A stretch of DNA of 64,000 nt from PVC group bacterium (GCA_945870225.1 CAMBRF010000010.1:20880-84879), one strand, 5' to 3'; counted from the first letter of the stretch, positions 45,882 to 55,922 are shown. The notes: a model not told the origin generated them from the sequence alone. Numbers and translations: made by a program.

Positions 45882-46753
45882 TGGGTCAACCTCTCAAACA
45901 GGCGGTAAAAATGCGTATCGGTCCGGGCCACGGTGTAGTCAACGTTCCGCCGCACCGCCAGATCGCGCAGGGCATCGATATGCCGGCCCATCGCCTGGAG
46001 ATAACCCTCCCGCACATCATCGGTGTGTGCCGTGACCCGCTGTCCGGTTTCAAGATCCCGGAACGACACCAGCCCCTTGTCGTCCAACTCCAGTTCGGCC
46101 GGCGTCAGGACATGAAACAGGAAAATCTTGAACCCGCGATGCAGGTAGGGCCCCAGCGCGGAGAAGATCGCCGCCGGATCGTCAAAGAAATCCGACACCA
46201 CAACCAGGATGCCGCGCCGTTTGAGCAGGGGAAAGGAATGCCGCAAAGACTCCGCCAGCGATGTACGCTCCCCGGGCTGATTCCGTTCCAGCAGGTTCAA
46301 TAACCCGTTTAAATGCAGGTTGGTGCTGCCCGGCGGGATGAACGTCCGGATCGTTTTGTCGAATAACTGGAGCGACACCCGATCCCCGCCGCGAATAACG
46401 AGATAGGCGAGACAGGCCGTAAAGAACGAGGCGTACTCCAGTTTCGACGGATTGCTCCCAAAGCCCATCGAGGCGCTGCTGTCCAGGAACAGGTGGCAAT
46501 CCATACTGGTCTCATGATCGTAAGTCCGAAGGTAGAACCGGTCCGTACGCCCGAAGACCCGCCAGTCAACCAGCGCCAGGTCATCCCCCGGAACGTACTG
46601 GCGATAGTCGCGGAACTCGACGGACGACCCGCGTGCCCGGGACACATGCCGACCCGCAAAATAACCTTCCACCACGGCCTTGGGTGAAAATTCAAACCCG
46701 GCCAGCTGCCGGATATCCTCCGGCCGCAAGTATTGGAATCGTCGATGTGTCAC
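45878..46753 (-). CDS. DUF58 domain protein (MoxR-associated)
   Basis: 291 aa. 'FRDYRQYVPGDDLALVDWRVFGRTDRFYLRTYDHET' and 'LFLDSSASMGF' are typical of DUF58. Confidence 0.8.
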   Translation of the reverse strand: MTHRRFQYLRPEDIRQLAGFEFSPKAVVEGYFAGRHVSRARGSSVEFRDYRQYVPGDDLALVDWRVFGRTDRFYLRTYDHETSMDCHLFLDSSASMGFGSNPSKLEYASFFTACLAYLVIRGGDRVSLQLFDKTIRTFIPPGSTNLHLNGLLNLLERNQPGERTSLAESLRHSFPLLKRRGILVVVSDFFDDPAAIFSALGPYLHRGFKIFLFHVLTPAELELDDKGLVSFRDLETGQRVTAHTDDVREGYLQAMGRHIDALRDLAVRRNVDYTVARTDTHFYRLFERLTQ

Positions 46754-46773
46754 GTGACTCCCGGGAAACTGGA

Positions 46774-47754
46774 TCAGAGAGAGGCTTCAAGCTTTTCGAT
46801 GATCTGATCCACGGTCACCCCTTCGCCCGTCGCATTATAGTTCGGGATCACGCGGTGACGCAGAACAGGCTTCATAACTGCCCGCACCTCCTCGAGTGAG
46901 GCGGCGGACTGACCACGCAGCAGGGCCAAGGCCTTGACCGCGCTGGTCATGGTCTGTGAGGCCCGCGGACCGGCACCCCAGGCGACATAACGCTTCACAT
47001 GGTCGCCTGCCAGCGGCGAGCTCGGGCGGGTCGCGTTGACCGTTCGCAGGATCGCAGACAACACATGGTCCGGCACCGGCACATCCAGGATCATATCCTG
47101 CAGGGCAAGAACCTCGTCAGCCTCCAGGACTTTGGGTGTTTCAGCACAATGACGCCCCGTCGTGCGCAGCACAATATCGCGCTCCTGGTCCAGGGGCGGG
47201 TAGTCCATGGTCAGGCTGAAGAAAAACCGGTCCAGTTGGGCCTCGGGCAGCGGATAGGTTCCCTCATGCTCAATGGGGTTCTGGGTGGCGAACACAATGA
47301 ACGGCTCCGTCAGCTTCATGCTCTTACCCGAGACCGTGACCTGCTTCTCCTGCATGGCTTCCAGCAGGGCGGCCTGGGTTTTCGGCGGCGTACGGTTGAT
47401 TTCGTCGGCCAGAATCAGGTTGGCGAAGATCGGGCCGGGCGCAAACTCGAACCGGCGACGCCCGCCCCCTTCCTCCTGCAGAATCTCACCTCCGGTGATG
47501 TCCATCGGCATCAGGTCCGGCGTGAACTGGATACGCCGGCTGACCAAGCCAAGGGTCCTGCCCAGCGTCGTCACCAACAGGGTCTTGGCCAGCCCCGGAA
47601 CGCCAATGATCAGGCAATGCCCCTTGCACAAAAGAGAGGTCAGCAACAACTCCACGACAGCATCCTGCCCGACAATCACCGTGCCGATCGCCTTCCGGAG
47701 CGCCTCCATTTGAGAACGCACCTTGTCCCACTTTTCACCCGCGCTTTGTGTCAT
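46774..47754 (-). CDS. MoxR-family AAA+ ATPase
   Basis: 326 aa. Walker A 'GVPGLAKT'. Walker B 'ILLADEINR'. MoxR-specific 'TQNPIEHEGTYPLPEAQLDRF'. Confidence 0.9.
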   Translation of the reverse strand: MTQSAGEKWDKVRSQMEALRKAIGTVIVGQDAVVELLLTSLLCKGHCLIIGVPGLAKTLLVTTLGRTLGLVSRRIQFTPDLMPMDITGGEILQEEGGGRRRFEFAPGPIFANLILADEINRTPPKTQAALLEAMQEKQVTVSGKSMKLTEPFIVFATQNPIEHEGTYPLPEAQLDRFFFSLTMDYPPLDQERDIVLRTTGRHCAETPKVLEADEVLALQDMILDVPVPDHVLSAILRTVNATRPSSPLAGDHVKRYVAWGAGPRASQTMTSAVKALALLRGQSAASLEEVRAVMKPVLRHRVIPNYNATGEGVTVDQIIEKLEASL

Positions 47755-47835
47755 GTTTCAATCCTTCCGCCTTTAACTTGATCCGTGCAATAGGCACGTT
47801 CCCCTCTGTCATAACAGGGCCGCCGACGCCCCGCT

Positions 47836-50800
47836 CTACTCGATCCCGACGTCCACAACGCCTTCACCGTCGGACCCTTCGTCCTGTTTATCCTTTTTTT
47901 CGACCGGGAGCATCCCCATGAAGGTCACCGAGGCCCCCTGTCCAAGAGCCTCATCGGCCTTGCAAAATGTTTCAGCAGCCGTCGCGAACTGTTCCTGCTG
48001 GCTTTCCAGGTGGCGCTCCATGAAATCCAATCGATCTCCCAGATTATCGTCGTCTTCAGCCGACACACTCGCGACCGTCCCCGTCGTCACCGGGGCCGGA
48101 AGATCGACAACCCACATGCCGTTTCCATAGCTTCCGCTATTCATGAGCGTACCCATGACCATGCCTTTGCGTTTCGCGTTCTTGCCGAGCATGGACATAT
48201 AACCGGAGCGGCCATTCATGCGCTGCATCGCCGCATCCATCACGGTAACCTCGAGCCGTAAGCCCTTACCCAGTCCGCCGGAGGAAAGTGTGACAACGAA
48301 TGCCTTTCCGGCCTTCAGTTGCCGCGTGCATAGCTCCCGCATCTCTGCGATCACATTCGTGGAGACCGTGGTGCCCGTCAGTTTTTTGATCCGGTCCACC
48401 TCTGCCGCAGACAGCTCGGGGGCCGTTTTGACCGACTCGATAATCCGGGCCATCGGGGCCAGGGCCTTTGTGATGGCCTCGTTTTCGGCGGCCGCCGCCA
48501 TCAGATACAGATTCTCCGCGTCGGTCAACTTATCGAGGACGGCCCCCAGTGCCGCGGGGGAGGCCTTTATGATGGCCGCGTCAATCACCTTGCGCCGCTC
48601 AGCCGTCACATCATCTGCATCTGGCAATTTCGGCAACTGATCCTCCGTTATTCCGGCCAGTCGGGCGGCGGCACGGTCCCGTGAATATTTCATCATCACA
48701 TCTGGCCGGAGATAGGCCCCCCGGCGCCCATATGACTCCATGCGGGACGTATCCCCGTAGAGAGCTTCGATTCCCGAGGCGGCTATGTCGGCAACGGTCA
48801 TGGCATAGGCCCCGCCGGAATACATTCTTCCATTCGGCATCCCCCGTGTGTCCGCCAGTAGGATCTTCCATTCGGCGGCGTTGGTGGCGATATTCAACTT
48901 GTTCTTGTCGGAGAATTTCTTCATCGCCGCCTGCATGGATTCCGGACTCTGATCCTCCCCGTTTGCCATGCTTTCCTGCATTTGCGCCTCCATGCCTGCA
49001 TAGCGCAACATCGGCAGCATCTGGAGAATCCGGACCCGAGCCATGACATTGGTTGTCTTCACCGCCGCCGCAAGGAGGGCCGGCACGGCTTGGGCGGCTG
49101 GCTGTCGACCCAGCGCGGAATAGGCCATGCCCCCATCATTTTCATCACCGGCGCTGGCGAGGCTGGCCACAAGCTCCGTCAGGTCCTGCTTCTTGACCAT
49201 GGCGCGCAAGGCTTTGATTTCATTATCGGCCTGCTTTTTGAGCATCTTCTCATATTCGGCGTTATCCGCCATACCGGCCGGCAACTCAACCTTCTGGCGG
49301 ATGGCCACATACTTCTCGACAAATTCCGCAGCTTTCTCGCCCCGTTTCTGAACGTACTGCTGCGCCAGCCCGCTCCCCATCATCCATCTTCCCTGGCCTT
49401 CCATCCCCTCCGCCGGGGGCGTCAGCAGGAACGCCTCAATGGCGGGCGCGTTGGATTCAATATCATCCTGGAGCATGTAACCGATGGCGATCTGCTGCTG
49501 CTGCTGATCCCCATTTTTCAGGAAGTACGGGGCGAGGGCGGACGGAGGCAGGTCCTTCAGAAGGGCATACACCTGCTTGGCCGACTCGATCACCTCTTCG
49601 GGAGAGCCCCCGGCCTCATTGAAGGGTGAATTTTCCCCGCGCTTCATCAAGGGGGCCAGCAGAGTGCGGGCAATTTCGCCGCGGGTCACGGGGCGGTCCA
49701 TCTGGTTGAAGTACAGCAACGCCCTCTCTGACTCGGGCTTCTGGGCCATATTGCCTGAACCGGAGTAGTAGACAGACATGCCGAGGTCGGCACGTCGCAG
49801 AGGACAAAGCGTCTCGTCGGGAACCAGCGCGATCAGCAGCGGTATCGATTTGACCCCGCGCGCCATGATACGGCCAATAACGCTCTCATTCTTCATCCCC
49901 CGCATGGTCTTGGCGGGTGGGAAAATCCACAATCCGCCGTGCCCCATATACATTCCGCTTCCGACCTGATTAGTCTCCGAGGCCAGGTCAGCGGCCAATT
50001 GCAAATCCTCCCCGCTCAGCCCCTCACCCGTAAGGGCCGGGGCTTCCGTCATGGCCACCCGCGCCTGCAGGTGATCGGCCAGCAACTTGACCGCGCCCGC
50101 CTTGCGCCAGCCGGCTGGATACTTCTTCAACAGCCCGGTGATGGAGATTTGATAGGCCTTCCAATCCCCCGTCTTCCGGAACGCATCCAGCGTCGCCGCC
50201 AACTGTGAGTCCGCCACAACATTCAAGGCCCCGACAATGACTTTCCGCGAATCGCCGACCAGCGTGAAAAGACGGCCGACCAGGGCGTTCGCCTCCTGGG
50301 TTTTCCCATTCTGCCAAGCCGTCGCGGCCAGCAGGAAGAGCGCACCCGCCGGCTCATCCGACTGTAGAAAGGCGTCGTACCGCATCTCGCGGGCACCTGA
50401 GGACTTGGCCTTGATCTTCTTGTCCAGAAGAGCCGTCGCCCGGGCAAGATCGCGGGATAGATCGACCGGAGTCCAGTTGCCGGCCTCAGCCATGGCCTGG
50501 CCGCAATTCCTCCTGACTCCACCCATGACTTTTACCACGCCCTTCGTGGATGTCGCGGTCTGGGTCACAGCATTGCTCCGCGCCTCTTCCATCATTTTTT
50601 TCGTGGCCGTCTTCTGATCAAACAGTTCCAGCGTCCTGCCGGAAGAGGTAACCAGAACACTTCGATCTTCTTTGTTTTCGGAAATCAGCCAGGCATTGCC
50701 AGAGATTTGGAATTCCTGAAGACGATGCATCGTCATGTCCTGGAAACCACCGCCATAGTAGTCGAGCTTGACGTACCGGGCCTTCGATGTATCCGGCACC

Positions 50801-50991
50801 CCCATGCTCATGAACGTACGGAATCCCTGACTGTAGTCCTGCACATTCGTCGAGACACTGACCGGGGGCGTAGCTGAAGACTTTTCCTGAAGTGTGACGG
50901 CGTCAGGCGGAGGGACAATGGCCGGAGCGGCCTGCGCCACGACAGCAGCGCCAAACAGGATCCCCGCGGCGGCAATAACACCCGTATTCAT
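47836..50991 (-). CDS. Large secreted hypothetical protein (first gene of the Bat/MoxR-type operon)
   Basis: About 1050 aa from ATG at 50991 (track ORF extends to 51018). Signal peptide 'MNTGVIAAAGILFGAAVVAQA'. Ala/Lys/Glu-rich, largely helical. No enzyme motifs recognised. Confidence 0.45.
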   Translation of the reverse strand: MNTGVIAAAGILFGAAVVAQAAPAIVPPPDAVTLQEKSSATPPVSVSTNVQDYSQGFRTFMSMGVPDTSKARYVKLDYYGGGFQDMTMHRLQEFQISGNAWLISENKEDRSVLVTSSGRTLELFDQKTATKKMMEEARSNAVTQTATSTKGVVKVMGGVRRNCGQAMAEAGNWTPVDLSRDLARATALLDKKIKAKSSGAREMRYDAFLQSDEPAGALFLLAATAWQNGKTQEANALVGRLFTLVGDSRKVIVGALNVVADSQLAATLDAFRKTGDWKAYQISITGLLKKYPAGWRKAGAVKLLADHLQARVAMTEAPALTGEGLSGEDLQLAADLASETNQVGSGMYMGHGGLWIFPPAKTMRGMKNESVIGRIMARGVKSIPLLIALVPDETLCPLRRADLGMSVYYSGSGNMAQKPESERALLYFNQMDRPVTRGEIARTLLAPLMKRGENSPFNEAGGSPEEVIESAKQVYALLKDLPPSALAPYFLKNGDQQQQQIAIGYMLQDDIESNAPAIEAFLLTPPAEGMEGQGRWMMGSGLAQQYVQKRGEKAAEFVEKYVAIRQKVELPAGMADNAEYEKMLKKQADNEIKALRAMVKKQDLTELVASLASAGDENDGGMAYSALGRQPAAQAVPALLAAAVKTTNVMARVRILQMLPMLRYAGMEAQMQESMANGEDQSPESMQAAMKKFSDKNKLNIATNAAEWKILLADTRGMPNGRMYSGGAYAMTVADIAASGIEALYGDTSRMESYGRRGAYLRPDVMMKYSRDRAAARLAGITEDQLPKLPDADDVTAERRKVIDAAIIKASPAALGAVLDKLTDAENLYLMAAAAENEAITKALAPMARIIESVKTAPELSAAEVDRIKKLTGTTVSTNVIAEMRELCTRQLKAGKAFVVTLSSGGLGKGLRLEVTVMDAAMQRMNGRSGYMSMLGKNAKRKGMVMGTLMNSGSYGNGMWVVDLPAPVTTGTVASVSAEDDDNLGDRLDFMERHLESQQEQFATAAETFCKADEALGQGASVTFMGMLPVEKKDKQDEGSDGEGVVDVGIE

Positions 50992-51323
50992 TATACATCC
51001 GAACACATTACGACTCATCAGGCTTCTCCTTTTTCACCGGTTAACGACATTTGGCAGCATTCCAGAAAACATATGCCGAAGCTGATCAGGCGGCAGTCGG
51101 ACAGGGAGTTCTTGAAGGAAGAACGTAGATTATCATGCGGTGGTGATGTCACCATGAGGGGAACATTGCTTTTTCCAGATGCAATACGCAATAAGAAAAA
51201 ATGGAAGAAGTCGAGGAGCCTCGCCTGGTCTTTTCACTCTCATCAGGATGAAGGGTGTCCGCAAAAAGACCCGACCGGTTTTTATCCAGCCATTCGTTTA
51301 TTCCGTGAACAAGTCCGACCCTT

Positions 51324-52595
51324 TCAGGTCGTTTTGGCCGGAACCGTGACATCGCGGCCGCGCCAGGCGAACCAGAGGGTTCCCAGCACGCCGAAAACGA
51401 ACGCCACCTTGAGGTTGAGTTCCGGCGACACGCGCCAGAGCAGGGCCCCGCCAAAAGCGGCAAAGGCGACCAGCACGTCGCGAACGAGATAATACAGACC
51501 GAACATCGCCGCCTTGCGGCCCTCCGGCGCCAGGTCCATGATCAGGGCCTTGCGCGTCGGTTCGCCAAATTCCTTCAGCCCGCGCAGCACAAAGGCGGCC
51601 ACCAAGGGTCCGAGGGATTGCGAGTGCAACAGCGCCAACGGGAAGCAGCTGAAGAACCCGAAGGTGATCAGCACGAAAGGCTTTTTCCCGAAGCGGTCGG
51701 CCATGTAGGCAACCGGGATGTACACCAGCACCGCCGTGATGTTCTCAAGGGCGGAAAGCCATCCAAAGGTGAGTTCGGACACCGGATGCATCACATAGCG
51801 CGTGGCCCAGATGACCACAAACGCATCCGGAATACGCTCGCAGAAGCGAATCAGGATATCCGACCAGAGCAGATTCCGCAGACCGGGCGGCATCTCGCGC
51901 CACAACCGCAGTGGGCTGGCCTCGGGAACCCGGGCATCCTTGGAATCATCCGTGATCAGCCGCTGTTGCAATACACAGGCGGCCAGGGCCAGCGCCAGGG
52001 CCAGGATGAACGCCGCGCGGACGCCCGCCTCAACACCCCAGACCGCGATGCACGCGCCACCCACGACCGGCCCCAGCATCTTGGGTACGCGCCGGACCAG
52101 CGCCAATACCGATACCCCCATCGTGCGCCGGTTCTTCGGCACAACCTTGGCCAGCAGATCCATCGTGGCCGGCAGCGAAATGGCCGACCAGGAGATGAAA
52201 AAGGCTGCGCCAATCAGCACGGACCACCACGACCTAATGAGGATGACACACAGGTACCCGACCATCGAGAGGGCGTTAAAGAACAGCAGCGCCTTTTTCG
52301 TGCCCAGCCGGTCGCTCAGATAGCCGCCAGGGAAGGAGTAGAGCGCGGACAACAGATCGTCCATGCCCGCCAGCAGGCCAATGGCCATGACCGCCGTCGA
52401 GGCTTGCGCCAACTGCTGCAGGTAGAGCGGCAGAAAGCGCTCGGCCATATGCTCACCCATGCCCACCAGCACGATCATGCCGAGCAAACCAACCATACTG
52501 CGCCTTCCACGAAGCAAGGCCTGCATACGGTCCTGAATAGAAGGGACAGGGTCAGACGGCATGGGTGCCCTCAGCTTGGAGATACTGTCGCCCAT
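51324..52595 (-). CDS. MFS transporter
   Basis: 423 aa. 12 predicted TM helices. MFS loop motif 'GGYLSDRLGTKK' between TM2 and TM3. Confidence 0.8.
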   Translation of the reverse strand: MGDSISKLRAPMPSDPVPSIQDRMQALLRGRRSMVGLLGMIVLVGMGEHMAERFLPLYLQQLAQASTAVMAIGLLAGMDDLLSALYSFPGGYLSDRLGTKKALLFFNALSMVGYLCVILIRSWWSVLIGAAFFISWSAISLPATMDLLAKVVPKNRRTMGVSVLALVRRVPKMLGPVVGGACIAVWGVEAGVRAAFILALALALAACVLQQRLITDDSKDARVPEASPLRLWREMPPGLRNLLWSDILIRFCERIPDAFVVIWATRYVMHPVSELTFGWLSALENITAVLVYIPVAYMADRFGKKPFVLITFGFFSCFPLALLHSQSLGPLVAAFVLRGLKEFGEPTRKALIMDLAPEGRKAAMFGLYYLVRDVLVAFAAFGGALLWRVSPELNLKVAFVFGVLGTLWFAWRGRDVTVPAKTT

Positions 52596-52980
52596 AAGAA
52601 AGACCTTTTAGGATCATTCCGTAGCAGAATCCAAATTGCCATCAACCCGAATTCGAGAACAAGGACAAGTTACAGCCACACGAAAACGGGTTCAACCCTT
52701 CTTACCGACTCCAGGAAATATACGCGAGGGCAAGCAGCCTGTTGCCCCCCGGCTCAGCCGGAGGCTTCGCCCAACCTTGGGAAAACCCAGTGGTTTTGCA
52801 GGGCGAGGCGTTTCGCCGAGCCGCCTTGAAGCAAATGCATTGATTTTCATAGGGCCTCTTGACGGTACGGCTTGACCGGCAAGTCTTCGAATTATAGCAT
52901 GTTGATAGTAGTGCCACTGCTCGCAAGCCAGGGTTATGGCTTCAAATTAGGTGGCAGTCAAAACAGGGGGAGGAATCGCA

Positions 52981-54159
52981 ATGTCGGAGAATAGTTTCAC
53001 AGAGTCGGAGAATAGTTTCACAGAAGTCACAAACCAGTCGTGGTTCAGTCGTATCGGGGACTCCATCAAGGGGATTCTGGGTGGCCTTGCCATGGTTGCT
53101 GTCGCCTTCTTTCTGCTTTTCTGGAACGAGGGTCGGGCTGTCAAACAGTACAAGACCCTGAAGGAAGGCGGCAAAACGGTTATCTCAGTCAGCGCCGACA
53201 GTGTTGATGCCGCCAATGCGGGAAAGTTGCTCCATGTGACCGGCAGAGCCGTTACGGACGCCACGCTGACAGATCCCGTCTTCGGCGTATCGGCGAATGC
53301 GCTGAGGCTGAAGCGCGTCGTCACCATGTACCAGTGGAAGGAGACCTCCAAAAGCGACACCAAGGAGAAGCTTGGCGGAGGCACGGAGACGACCAAGACC
53401 TATTCGTACAGCAAGGTTTGGTCTGATAGAGTCATCTCTTCTTCGGAATTCAAGGTGCAGGCAGATCATCAGAACCCCACATCGCTCCCTTATGAGCCAT
53501 CGGAACAAATCGCGGCCGTGGTGACGTTCGGGGCTTTTACCCTGTCGCCGTCATTAGTCTACAGGATCAACAACTTTGAACCCCTTCCCGTAAGCAACGA
53601 TGTGTCCCTGCCGGAATCCCTCAAAAACAAAGTCAAACGGAACGACAGTGGGTTCTACATTGGTTCCGATCCATCCTCCTCGCAGATCGGGGATGCACGT
53701 ATCAGTTTCATGGTCGCTAAACCGACGGAAGTAAGCGTGATTGCCGCACAGGTGGGGAAAACTTTTGAACCCTACCGAACCAAGACGAGCGGAAACATTG
53801 AGCTTCTGCAAACGGGCGTTCATTCGGCTGAGGCCATGATCCAGCAAGCACAGGAAAACAACCGGAACTTGACCTGGATCCTCAGGCTAGTCGGATTCAT
53901 CCTGATGCTCAGCGGACTGAATATGATGCTCAGACCGCTTTCCGTCCTGGCGAGTGTGGTGCCGATTCTGGGCACGATCGTGGGGGCCGGGTTGGGGCTC
54001 GTGGCCTTTCTGCTGGCCGCCCTCCTGTCACTGGTCACAATTGCCATCGCCTGGATTGTCTACCGCCCGCTCTTGGGAATTGTCCTGATTATTATTGCGG
54101 TGAGCCTTGCTCTGGTTATCAAGGGGAAGCTCAAGTCCGCCAAAGTCGAAAAGGCGTAA
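52981..54159 (+). CDS. TMEM43/LUMA-family (DUF1625) membrane protein
   Basis: About 392 aa from ATG at 52981, 6 nt after GGAGG (track ORF begins at 52951). 'WFSRIGDSIKGILGGL...LLFWNEGRAV' N-terminal TM/motif. Long extracytoplasmic beta-rich region. Three C-terminal TM helices. Pattern matches TMEM43-like proteins. Family call is from memory. Confidence 0.55.
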   Translation: MSENSFTESENSFTEVTNQSWFSRIGDSIKGILGGLAMVAVAFFLLFWNEGRAVKQYKTLKEGGKTVISVSADSVDAANAGKLLHVTGRAVTDATLTDPVFGVSANALRLKRVVTMYQWKETSKSDTKEKLGGGTETTKTYSYSKVWSDRVISSSEFKVQADHQNPTSLPYEPSEQIAAVVTFGAFTLSPSLVYRINNFEPLPVSNDVSLPESLKNKVKRNDSGFYIGSDPSSSQIGDARISFMVAKPTEVSVIAAQVGKTFEPYRTKTSGNIELLQTGVHSAEAMIQQAQENNRNLTWILRLVGFILMLSGLNMMLRPLSVLASVVPILGTIVGAGLGLVAFLLAALLSLVTIAIAWIVYRPLLGIVLIIIAVSLALVIKGKLKSAKVEKA

Positions 54160-54204
54160 CCGCCCACAACAAACCGCGCCCCGCTGGACCCAAAAGGCAA
54201 CAGG

Positions 54205-54473
54205 GCGCGTCGGTTCGCCAAATTCCTTCAGCCCGCGCAGCACAAAGGCGGCCACCAAGGGTCTGAGGGATTGCGAGTGCAACAGCGCCAACGGGAAGCA
54301 GCTGAAGGACCCGTCGACATGTAGGCAACCGGGATGAACACGCGCACCGCCGTGATGTTCTCAAGGGCGGAAAGCCATCCAAAGGTGAGTTCGGACACCG
54401 GATGCATCACATAGCGCGTGGCCCAGATGACCACAAACGCATCCGGAATACGCTCGCAGAAGCGAATCAGGAT
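54205..54473 (-). pseudogene. Degraded internal fragment (about 100 codons) of an MFS transporter gene. It is a direct repeat of 51553..51857.
   Basis: About 269 nt, roughly 95% identical to the internal region of the MFS gene 51324..52595 (encoding '...FGEPTR ... VIWATRYVMHPVSELTFGWLSALENITAV...'). Carries a 43-nt internal deletion and several substitutions. No start codon. Frames broken. Confidence 0.6.
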
Positions 54474-54506
54474 GCCCGCATGCGGCTCCAGACGGAGGGC
54501 TCCGGG

Positions 54507-55922
54507 TCAGGCAACACGGGCTCCCTCATGAATGGAACTACCGCTGTGGATCACCCTGATGTTGAGAATCGCACACAGGTTTTTCAACACAGCTCGGTTG
54601 TCACCGTAGGACAGGATGTAATGCTGACTCATGACCTCCTGAATGAAATCCTCCACCGGCGTGTCAAAAATCAACTCCAGGCTCGGGAGTTGCGGAGCAG
54701 GCGGAGCCCAGCCGGCTTCTTCCCACTTGGCCGGAGTCCGGGCCTCCGCCAACGCGAGGTGCAAGCAGTAGGCTCCGGCGGCATACCCCAGCCGGGCCAG
54801 CGTGACCTGACCGGTTTTCAGCTTGGAGACGTTCAGTAACCCCTCACCGAAATTCCCGAAGGCGTTCGGCATGACGGTGATTTTTCCGTCAACGATCTCA
54901 GAGGGAACATAATCGGGGACCCCCATCAGCGCGCCGTTTTCCAGAAACTCATAGAACTCAAGGTAGGCACCGACCTGTCCGGTCAAATAGCGGATCATGA
55001 GCTGGGTGACCGCACCCAGGCTGTCGTTCTCAGGAACCGTGGACAGATCCATTTCGTCATGCAACAGGGTCATCGCACCCGCCGGCGCAAAGCCGAGCAG
55101 TTTCTTGATCCCGTCAACGTCGTTAAACGAAAACCCCTGATATCCCCGTTCCTTGATTTTGCCGCTGATCGCCAGGTAGAGTTCTACCGACTTCTCCACC
55201 GTACCAGCCTTCGGTTCCTTGACAAACGTCCAGCGTTTCCGGACGTCTTTAGCCAGACGTGACACCTCGCGGGGGTCCACTTTCCCGATCATCTGGGCCA
55301 GTTCCAGAAGTTCGAAATGCTCAATTTCAGGACCGATTTGCGTCTTCAGCGAGATCCCGTCGTACATCGTACCGTAGAGGCGCATGTCGCGATACCCGCC
55401 CATGCCGATCCGGGCGGTCTTCAGCAGCGCCGCAGCCCGGGCCGCCCGGGCATAGCTCACGATCTCATCGACTTTAGGCTTCTGCCCTCGATAGGTGACC
55501 ACATATTTGAAGGTGTAGCCCATGTCGGCCATCGGCTTGCGCAGGGCTGTGGTGCCCGCCTGGTCGGCCGTGGTAACGAACCTGTCGCCCTCGCGCCAAC
55601 CGGTCAGGCCCCAAAGCAGGATCGGCTTATGCTTGAACGGCTCGATCACCGAAATAACCGCCCAGGACGGAATCCAGCCAGCCACGCAGACAATGACTAG
55701 GTCCAGATCCCCGCCCGCCTTCAGTTCCCGGACGGCCCGGGCCGCCTGCTCGCCTGCGGGATCGTCGCTGACCGGCGCGGTCACCACCAGTTCCATTCCC
55801 TGTTTCTCCAGCAAGCGGCTGGCGTCAGCACAACGCTTGTCGATGAATTCCCGCGGGGTATTGACTTCCCCAAACCCCACGAACCCTGCCCGGATCTTTC
55901 GTATTTCGCCCATGACCCTCAC
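54507..55922 (-). CDS. L-arabinose/L-fucose isomerase-family protein
   Basis: 471 aa (alternative ATG at 55913). N-terminal Rossmann-like 'IRAGFVGFGEVNTPREF...' region. C-terminal isomerase barrel. Overall length and order resemble the AraA/FucI superfamily. Call by pattern only. Confidence 0.5.
   Translation of the reverse strand: MRVMGEIRKIRAGFVGFGEVNTPREFIDKRCADASRLLEKQGMELVVTAPVSDDPAGEQAARAVRELKAGGDLDLVIVCVAGWIPSWAVISVIEPFKHKPILLWGLTGWREGDRFVTTADQAGTTALRKPMADMGYTFKYVVTYRGQKPKVDEIVSYARAARAAALLKTARIGMGGYRDMRLYGTMYDGISLKTQIGPEIEHFELLELAQMIGKVDPREVSRLAKDVRKRWTFVKEPKAGTVEKSVELYLAISGKIKERGYQGFSFNDVDGIKKLLGFAPAGAMTLLHDEMDLSTVPENDSLGAVTQLMIRYLTGQVGAYLEFYEFLENGALMGVPDYVPSEIVDGKITVMPNAFGNFGEGLLNVSKLKTGQVTLARLGYAAGAYCLHLALAEARTPAKWEEAGWAPPAPQLPSLELIFDTPVEDFIQEVMSQHYILSYGDNRAVLKNLCAILNIRVIHSGSSIHEGARVA

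Noticed and set aside
51618-52829. 403-aa plus-strand ORF antisense to the MFS transporter gene
   Set aside because: Its composition is extremely Arg/Gln/His/Gly-biased, it has no TM helices and it has no motif. The minus-strand MFS gene has 12 TM helices and the MFS loop motif.
54160-54204. GC hairpin CGCGCCC-N21-GGGCGCG immediately after the TMEM43-like stop, considered as a terminator
   Set aside because: It has a long loop and no downstream U-tract. It may be a weak or Rho-dependent boundary, but the evidence is insufficient to call a feature.
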